Assembly: GCA_964402555.1 (NCBI GenBank)
Contig: CAYOCT010000039.1
Location: forward strand, 615-64,614
Direction: 5' to 3'
DNA: 64,000 bases
From: an uncultured Nitrospiraceae bacterium
GTDB lineage: Bacteria; Hydrogenedentota; Hydrogenedentia; Hydrogenedentales; SLHB01
Positions within the stretch are counted from its first letter, which is position 1, and the number at the start of each line of letters is the position of its first letter. The notes under the pieces were generated by a model, which worked only from the letters and a program-made list of their open reading frames with translations, made no database searches and had not been told where the DNA came from. Below, in pieces: positions 57,763 through 64,000 of the stretch. A program made the position numbers and the translations under genes.

Positions 57763-57810
57763 CAGGGACTGACTCGCTTTTCGGCAGTTTGAAAAGCGAG
57801 TCAGTCCCTG
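57763..57810. repeat. 20-bp perfect hairpin (REP-like or bidirectional terminator)
   Basis: CAGGGACTGACTCGCTTTTC-GGCAGTTT-GAAAAGCGAGTCAGTCCCTG followed by CTTTT. Confidence 0.8.
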
Positions 57811-57843
57811 CTTTTCGCGGCGTTTCGACAACAACCTGTTCCA

Positions 57844-57950
57844 TGTCATTGCGAGGAGCGGCTTCAGCCCGACGAAGCAATCCCCCGGCCTGTTGTGTCA
57901 GAAGATCAGGAGATTGCTTCGTCGGGCTGAAGCCGCTCCTCGCAATGACA
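57844..57950. repeat. 39-bp perfect inverted repeat (GTCATTGCGAG...GAAGCAATC-type REP)
   Basis: 57844-57882 is the exact reverse complement of 57912-57950. Confidence 0.92.
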
Positions 57951-58022
57951 CCAAGGGAGTGTGAAAAATACGGCCTAGCCGCGCGGACGATTCATGCGGC
58001 GCCGCGCATCCCAAAACCAGCA

Positions 58023-60641
58023 TCATCGATCGCCGCAAGGAAGAAGCGTTTCGAATTCGACGTTTCGCGACGCCACGGTGATGGCATAGAAAGATGCCAG
58101 CGCGGCCTCGCGCGCCTCGGGCGGAACGACCGTGAATCCCATGTCCCCTATATACCAACCGCGGCCTTGTTCGACTTCCTCCCCGTGATCGTCCCGGCCG
58201 TTGCGCGCAAAACTGTACAAGACGAAACCGCCGTCGTCTTTGATCCGATACGAGAGGCCATGGCCGGGATGCCCCACATCTTCCGGCACGCGGTCGAGAT
58301 ACCGCGGGACGATCTCGTCGAGCGACTCGGGCAAAACGCCATGGGCAAGGCGGAATCGTTCCACGCCCAACGCCGTACGCGCAAGATCGATCCGGGTCCG
58401 ATGTTGCCACTCGCTGTAATATGGCCTGCGGAGAGGCCACGAAACTTCCGAGGCGATGGCCACGTGCCAGCCAAGTTCGAATTGGTGCCGCAGATGCTGG
58501 CCGTCGCAGAGGTAATACGGAAAGGGAGACTCGAAGGGCCATCCGGCCTTTTCCAACGCGCTCAGATCGATCTGCCTCAGCTCGCTCGCCCGGCGAGACC
58601 ATTTCGAGAGATCGTCGAGGGTCCAGCAGAGCGCAAGCCGTTCCAGACGGCTGTTCCCGATTGCATTCCACACAAGCGCGGTTATGCGGCCGAGGGGGTT
58701 GTGCGGCGGCCAATCTCCGTCAATCCATGCGTCGTGCACGCGCGTTGGATCTCGCAACATGTCTTCCCACATGACCCCCTCGCCAATCATGGCCCTATCC
58801 ATGATGTGCCCATCTCGTAGCGACGGCAACGCATGGCCGAGTATCTGCTGAAGACGTTCCATTTCCATGTCGGATAGGCCTGTTCGTTCCATGACCGTCT
58901 CAAGCGAGTCCAGTACGATCTCGAGCACGGCCAGCCGGACTAGCTGGCTTATGAAACATGGCTCCTCGCGAAGCGAGTTGGCGATAGGGAGTATCATTGG
59001 GATAGCGTTCGCCGCCTCTTCAGATCTGCCTTCGATAGCATCCAAGGTCGCTTTGATCGCGATAAGCCGGGCCAGGTCGCGTATCTTGTACAGGTGTCGC
59101 ATATAGGTTTCTCCGCCCATCGTTAAGTCGATGGGATATCGGCTAAGCGTCTTGCCAGATTGGGCAGCCGCGCGCAGTTCATCCACGGCCTCGCGGGCAA
59201 CGTCTTCCCAAAAGACCTTCGTCCAGCGCCACGTTTCGCGGTCGAGCGCTTTTCCGGACTCGCACTTTGCGTGTCCTTTCACGAGAAGGTGCATCATGAC
59301 ATCGTCCGGGATGTCCTCCTCTGGGCGTTCCGATTTGTGTCCAGTGTCACTCACGCCCGGCAACGTGTCCACCCAACGCGACAGCCTCTCGCGATAGCGC
59401 CCGGAGATGTCGAGATACGTCAGCGCCACGTTTTCCGAATCGGGCACGCGCGGATAGAACGCATCGAGTTCTTCGAGCGTCGCCGGGAGGCCTTGCGCAT
59501 GCCAGTATGCGCGAACCGCCGGTTCGGCGGGCCACCGCAACCACGCGAGGAACAACACGGCCACGACTAGTCCGAGGCGGCGGCGGAAGCGGGCAGGCGC
59601 CTTCGGACTTGAAATCGCGCACGCCGCGACATCCGCGGCTGCCACGCGCCGGAGGCGATGGATATCGAGAAGCGCGGCAAAGTATGGCATCACCAGGAGG
59701 CCCGCCACAGCGGCACTGAGCTGGAACGATTGGGGTTCCCACACGTTACGCTGTGCCATCAGCGGCTCGAAGGGATAGGTCAGCAAGAGCGCTATCGTCC
59801 ATAGCGCAACCAGCCCGTACAACCCCCGCGCGGACAGCGTCTTCTTTCGCGCCACGAGGGCGGCTATGCCGGTGAAATATCCCAGCGGAACGATTGCCAG
59901 CAACCAGGGAATCGTCTCGCGTCGAAGCACCAGGGAAAGAACATCGCCGATGACTTCTGCGGTGCGGGAGGGAACGATTACCTCGTAATGCCCCGGCTTT
60001 GGAGGAGGCAGTTGGCGGCAGAGTGAATGTGCATAGGCGATCCCCACAACGCCGAAGCACACAAGCAGAACGAATCTCCGAACGGGCCGATACGCGAGGC
60101 CAAGACAGGCCCATGCGACGCAGCCTGCCGCGGTGGGCACGCCGAGCACCCATGACAGCACCTCGCGCACATTGGCCGCGCCGCTCGTCAAACCGAAGAC
60201 CGTCAGCTTGCGGAGCAATCCGTCATCGGCGACAAAGAGCCACACCGTAGGGAGAACGGACACGTAGATCAGGCACTTGATCAAGGCGAGAGCATCCGCG
60301 GCCATCCATTCCCAGGCCAGTTGCTCATCCGACACGAGGTCCCGCGGCGGCAACGGCGCGCGGCGGCCCTTGCCCATGAACGCCGTCGTGCCATAGCGCA
60401 ACCCGCACCACGCCGAGGCAACGCACAGCGCCCCAAACGGAACGAGGTCATACATCCAACGTTCAGGATTTACTATGTAACCCATGTTGGGATACGACTC
60501 TCCCCACACCTTCAAGGCAACCCAGCCGAACCACACAACGACCGTCGCGGTAAGGAGGGGAAAGACGATACTCCGTCGACGCCATGTATCGCGCTGAAGT
60601 TCCAAACACAGCGTTTCGGCTCGGGTCAAATCCAGACTCAT
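58023..60641 (-). CDS. Large membrane protein with C-terminal GspG/pseudopilin-like motif
   Basis: About 9 TM N-terminal half; C-terminal RTALGVERFRLAHGVLPESLDEIVP..LD.VPED...YRI...FVLYS..NGRDDHG. GGAGG RBS. Confidence 0.7.
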   Translation of the reverse strand: MSLDLTRAETLCLELQRDTWRRRSIVFPLLTATVVVWFGWVALKVWGESYPNMGYIVNPERWMYDLVPFGALCVASAWCGLRYGTTAFMGKGRRAPLPPRDLVSDEQLAWEWMAADALALIKCLIYVSVLPTVWLFVADDGLLRKLTVFGLTSGAANVREVLSWVLGVPTAAGCVAWACLGLAYRPVRRFVLLVCFGVVGIAYAHSLCRQLPPPKPGHYEVIVPSRTAEVIGDVLSLVLRRETIPWLLAIVPLGYFTGIAALVARKKTLSARGLYGLVALWTIALLLTYPFEPLMAQRNVWEPQSFQLSAAVAGLLVMPYFAALLDIHRLRRVAAADVAACAISSPKAPARFRRRLGLVVAVLFLAWLRWPAEPAVRAYWHAQGLPATLEELDAFYPRVPDSENVALTYLDISGRYRERLSRWVDTLPGVSDTGHKSERPEEDIPDDVMMHLLVKGHAKCESGKALDRETWRWTKVFWEDVAREAVDELRAAAQSGKTLSRYPIDLTMGGETYMRHLYKIRDLARLIAIKATLDAIEGRSEEAANAIPMILPIANSLREEPCFISQLVRLAVLEIVLDSLETVMERTGLSDMEMERLQQILGHALPSLRDGHIMDRAMIGEGVMWEDMLRDPTRVHDAWIDGDWPPHNPLGRITALVWNAIGNSRLERLALCWTLDDLSKWSRRASELRQIDLSALEKAGWPFESPFPYYLCDGQHLRHQFELGWHVAIASEVSWPLRRPYYSEWQHRTRIDLARTALGVERFRLAHGVLPESLDEIVPRYLDRVPEDVGHPGHGLSYRIKDDGGFVLYSFARNGRDDHGEEVEQGRGWYIGDMGFTVVPPEAREAALASFYAITVASRNVEFETLLPCGDR

Positions 60642-60695
60642 CGCTCAAACCCCTCCACGTCTTCGCGCCCTTGCGGCTTTTGCGTTGATTCCTCG

Positions 60696-61094
60696 TCAAG
60701 TCCCGCTGACGACATCACCGATAGTCACAATGGGTAAGCGAAGTGACGCGACGATGCAGACGAGTGCTAGCACTCCAAGCAGAATGAGAACCAAGCCGGT
60801 CAGGGGACTTCGCGCGAGACTTGCGTAGCGCGATTGGCCCGCATATAGATGCATGCGCGCGTACTGAAAACCTGCCAGTGCGGCAATGGCCGCCAATATT
60901 GCCGCGAACCACCATTTCCGAACGAACAATCCGACATAGACGACGGTCAGAGTCGGCGCAGGCAGGCTTCCCCCAAAGTCCTCGAACACCTCGTGGAAGA
61001 CAGGCACGGTTAGCGCCAATACCCCAACCACGATCCCCCACACCACGGCGATAACGACGAACTCGATCCAAAGCGACCATCGTTCACGAGACAT
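60696..61094 (-). CDS. Small (132 aa) PilC/GspF-like membrane protein lacking the cytoplasmic domains
   Basis: VPVFHEVFEDFGGSLPAPT and terminal SLRLPIVTIGDVV resemble PilC periplasmic-loop and C-terminal motifs. AAAGGGG RBS. Confidence 0.6.
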   Translation of the reverse strand: MSRERWSLWIEFVVIAVVWGIVVGVLALTVPVFHEVFEDFGGSLPAPTLTVVYVGLFVRKWWFAAILAAIAALAGFQYARMHLYAGQSRYASLARSPLTGLVLILLGVLALVCIVASLRLPIVTIGDVVSGT

Positions 61095-61135
61095 AGGGAT
61101 CCCCTTTCTGGCCGCGCGCGCGTGGCCGTTGGGCG

Positions 61136-62173
61136 TTACATCAGGGCGTGGACCGCGATCTGCTGGAGCCGCGGGATGAGCCGGTAGATTACCCGGCTGA
61201 GGTAACCTGCGAAGACGCACATGATGAACACCTGGACGCCCGCGTAGAGCCGGATCGTTCCGGGGATTTCCCAGCGGAGGTACCAGGTGAGGAAGTTATC
61301 GGCCAACGGGCCTTGGGCGATGTCGATGTAGGCGAACACGCCCTTGAAGGGCAGGCCGTATTCGGTGATGCAGATTGAGAGTTGGGGCGGCGGGATCAGG
61401 AAACCCAAGCATTGCACGGCCATCCACGCGGCGAGCGCATACACCAGCGCGCGCGGCGTGCGCGGGGGACGGTCGCACCACCACAGCCACATGAGGCAGA
61501 CGATGACGAGCGACGTCTCGACACACGCGACGAAGTACAGGTAGGCCACCCATGCCGCAGGCGGATAGGGATCGAAGCTGAGCAGCGGCCCGGCATGCGC
61601 CGTAGGAATCGCGCGTTGCACAAGCGCCATCGCGATCACCAGCGCGGCCATCGCGGGCATGGGCCAGCGGACGAACCACGGCTGGAAACCCTCGTTGAGC
61701 CGTTGCTGCCACCGATACAGCACGTAGCCCGTGAGCACCGCCCCGGCCGCCTGGATCGTCGCCATGACCACGGCAAGGAACACGCGCGCCGCGTCCGACA
61801 CGCCGTAACGATCCGCCCACAGGATGAGTGCAAGCGTCATGAGCAGGAAGAGCGCGCTTTGCGCGATCAGCACGCCGCTCGTCGCTGCCAGTGCCGCAAC
61901 GATTCTGCGTGCGAACCCGGCGTGATAGCGCTGCGTGTGCACGCCCTGAAACAACGTCTTGATAGCGGCGGGACTGCCGAAGTGTTCACGCACGAGAATG
62001 AACGCATCGTCTTCGGTCAGGCGTTCCTCACCCGACATGTACGCCAGCAGTTTGTCTTCGAGATGGCCGCGCAGTTCCTCCTGGATGTCCGGATCGAGAT
62101 CGAACGACACTGAGATCTTCGCGCACAGGGCGCGAATCCGTTCGAGCGTGTCCGGCCGGAGGGAATCAGGCAT
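61136..62173 (-). CDS. HAAS / permease-prefix-domain membrane protein
   Basis: IQEELRGHLEDK....MSG..TEDDA...VREHFGSP followed by 5-6 TMs; 8-nt overlap with padR. Confidence 0.8.
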   Translation of the reverse strand: MPDSLRPDTLERIRALCAKISVSFDLDPDIQEELRGHLEDKLLAYMSGEERLTEDDAFILVREHFGSPAAIKTLFQGVHTQRYHAGFARRIVAALAATSGVLIAQSALFLLMTLALILWADRYGVSDAARVFLAVVMATIQAAGAVLTGYVLYRWQQRLNEGFQPWFVRWPMPAMAALVIAMALVQRAIPTAHAGPLLSFDPYPPAAWVAYLYFVACVETSLVIVCLMWLWWCDRPPRTPRALVYALAAWMAVQCLGFLIPPPQLSICITEYGLPFKGVFAYIDIAQGPLADNFLTWYLRWEIPGTIRLYAGVQVFIMCVFAGYLSRVIYRLIPRLQQIAVHALM

Positions 62174-62501
62174 GGGACGGCCCCGTCAGGCGCTGGATCA
62201 TCTGGTGGAACTCGCCCCATTGTTCCGCGCGCACGGCAAGCGCGTCCCGGCCCTTCGCGGTGATGTAGTAGTACTTCCGGCGTCGGCCCGAATCCGCCTG
62301 CTGCCATTGCGCCCGCACGAGGCCGTCTTGCTCGAGCTTGTGCAGCACGGGATACACCGTGCCTTCCTGCCACGTGAACATACCCTCCGCCTCGTCGTTC
62401 ATCCGCTTGATGATCCGGTAGCCGTAGCTCGCTTCCTTGGCCAGCACCGACAGCACCAGCACCCCCGTGCTCGCCCCGATCAGTTCCTTGGTGACGTCCA
62501 T
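62166..62501 (-). CDS. PadR-family transcriptional regulator
   Basis: LVLSVL...SYGYRI, EGTVYPVLHKLEQDGLV, RRRKYYYIT.KG. Confidence 0.95.
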   Translation of the reverse strand: MDVTKELIGASTGVLVLSVLAKEASYGYRIIKRMNDEAEGMFTWQEGTVYPVLHKLEQDGLVRAQWQQADSGRRRKYYYITAKGRDALAVRAEQWGEFHQMIQRLTGPSHA

Positions 62502-62527
62502 CGTGCCTCCTACGTACCTCCACCGGA

Positions 62528-62556
62528 ATTATACCAAGCACTTCCAGGTATGTCAA
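62528..62556 (-). promoter_or_regulatory. Consensus sigma70 promoter with nested inverted repeat (putative PadR operator)
   Basis: Minus strand TTGACA (62556-62551) - 17 nt - TATAAT (62533-62528); ATACC-N11-GGTAT palindrome 62531-62551. Confidence 0.8.
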
Positions 62557-62667
62557 GGGCTGTCCTTCTCAATAGAGGCCGTGCGAAGCATTTGGAATGG
62601 CTCTCGCGGATAGGATGTTGATCCAAGTAGAGAGAGTTGAAGACATAACCACGAAGGAGAACGAGCC

Positions 62668-63372
62668 ATGTTGAGAACCTTGAATTCCATGCTTGGCTAC
62701 CGTCTCGACGCTTCGGATGGTCCCGCGGGAACGCTGCACGATCTGCTGTTCGACGATGTCTCGTGGCGCATTCGCCACCTGGTCGCGCATTTCCGCCATC
62801 ACCGGGGCGGCCACGGCGTGCTGATAGACCCGTCCGCCATCCGCGATATCGACTGGGTACAAGAGCACATCAAACTCGCGCTGACATGCGACGACGAGAT
62901 ACACGGACCCTCCGAGGACACCCACGAACCCGTGTTCCGGCAATACGAGGAACAGGCGGCTAATTACGGCCAGTGGGCCTCTCAATGGCCGGCGTTTAGT
63001 GGCGTGCCCGAGCCCAATCCTGAAGTTGTCGTCACCGGAGATGTCCACCTGCGCAGCGTGCGCCACCTCTGCGGCTACAAGCTCTACGGACGCGGCGCCC
63101 GCATCGGCCACGTGATCGATTTTGTCGGGGACGACGCCGATTGGACCGTGCCGATGATCGTCGCTGGTGTCGGCCACTTCTGGGACGAGAAGCCTGTGCT
63201 CGTACCCACCGACGCGATTCACGCGTTCGTGTGGCAGGACAAGGTCCTGCGCATCGACCTGGACGTGGCCGTCGTAGCAGACGCGCCCGCGTTCAACCCG
63301 ATGCTGTTGAACGACCGCCGCATTATCGAAGAAGTCCACGACCGCTTCGCCGTGCGCGTACGAACCGCATGA
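62668..63372 (+). CDS. Tandem PRC-barrel domain protein
   Basis: LGYRLDASDG..G...DLLFDD.SWRIRHLV and HLRS...L.GY......IGHV.DF..DD.DW repeats. Confidence 0.85.
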   Translation: MLRTLNSMLGYRLDASDGPAGTLHDLLFDDVSWRIRHLVAHFRHHRGGHGVLIDPSAIRDIDWVQEHIKLALTCDDEIHGPSEDTHEPVFRQYEEQAANYGQWASQWPAFSGVPEPNPEVVVTGDVHLRSVRHLCGYKLYGRGARIGHVIDFVGDDADWTVPMIVAGVGHFWDEKPVLVPTDAIHAFVWQDKVLRIDLDVAVVADAPAFNPMLLNDRRIIEEVHDRFAVRVRTA

Positions 63373-63510
63373 CGTGGCGACATAGCGCCCAATGAGTCCA
63401 CACGCCGCGCGAGCGGCGTGTGGACACCGTAACATCCCTACCGATACAATTCGTTTTCCGGGAGAATCAACGAAGCCCGCGACCACTGCGGGCACGGAAG
63501 GAAAACGAAC

Positions 63511-64000
63511 ATGCCGTACCCCCAACTCGACCGCCACGCCCTCGCCTTCAAACCCCTCAACGCGCGTAAAGACAAAGTCTATATCGAGCGCGACCACGTT
63601 CCCGTGACCGCCGAACCGGCGTCGTTCAGTCCCGCAGGCCAGGCCGCCATCGACGAGACCGTCGTCCGGTTGAAACGGGCGCGCGACGCGGGCAAGGCGC
63701 GCATGCTCACCTTCGGCGCGCACGCGATCAAGAACGGGCTGGCCCCGGTCCTCATCAAGCTCATCGAGGACGGCTGGATCACGCACCTGGCCACCAACGG
63801 CGCGGGGATCATTCACGACTGGGAATTCGCATTCCAGGGCCATTCGAGCGAAGACGTTCGCGCGAACGTCCCGCGTGGCGAATTCGGCGTGTGGCAAGAG
63901 ACCGGGTTCTACCTCAACCTCGCGATCGTCTGCGGCGCATACCAAGGCATGGGCTACGGCGAATCCATCGGCGCGTTCGTCGAGAATGAAGGCCTCGAAA
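63511..64000 (+). CDS. Deoxyhypusine-synthase-like protein (3'-truncated)
   Basis: MLTFGAHAIKNGL...LI..GWITHLATNGAGIIHDWEFA..G.SSEDV...G.FG..ETG. Runs off the window. Confidence 0.55.
   Translation, partial: MPYPQLDRHALAFKPLNARKDKVYIERDHVPVTAEPASFSPAGQAAIDETVVRLKRARDAGKARMLTFGAHAIKNGLAPVLIKLIEDGWITHLATNGAGIIHDWEFAFQGHSSEDVRANVPRGEFGVWQETGFYLNLAIVCGAYQGMGYGESIGAFVENEGLE

Noticed and set aside
60661-60686. Short periodic CGCAAAAGC/CGCAAGGGC stretch (minus strand), possibly a half-copy of another repeat family
   Set aside because: Single, short and degenerate; no partner arm in the window.

Overview
A 64-kb GC-rich bacterial chromosomal window; gene content loosely suggests a PVC- or Hydrogenedentota-like organism, which is an unverified inference. 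It has about 50 CDS: housekeeping genes (truA, RlmI-like methyltransferase, ltaE, ftsB, phoH-HDIG-ybeY-2xCNNM, tldD, ispG, TIGR03960/TIGR03936-type radical SAM, paaK-like ligase, moxR-DUF58-TgpA), carbohydrate-active and envelope-modification loci, a REP-flanked RAYT transposase, an AAA-ATPase/DUF4276 pair, a PadR-HAAS operon and several families of long intergenic palindromes. I recognised no rRNA, tRNA or CRISPR array. The most striking observation is at the left end. The secreted-protein ORF 2042..855(-) ends in ...FEYG-UGA, but the same frame stays open for 284 more codons to the window edge (G-K-S-G-C-T-Y-S-W-R-V-P... then a multi-pass membrane domain). A perfect 6-bp hairpin with a G-containing loop starts 17 nt after the UGA. 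This is the pattern expected for an unannotated membrane-anchored selenoprotein with a U-x4-C motif. Other points of interest are apparent catalytic-residue loss in a GH3, an alpha/beta-hydrolase and the RAYT, a GT-C/CapA fusion, and a miniature PilC-like gene.
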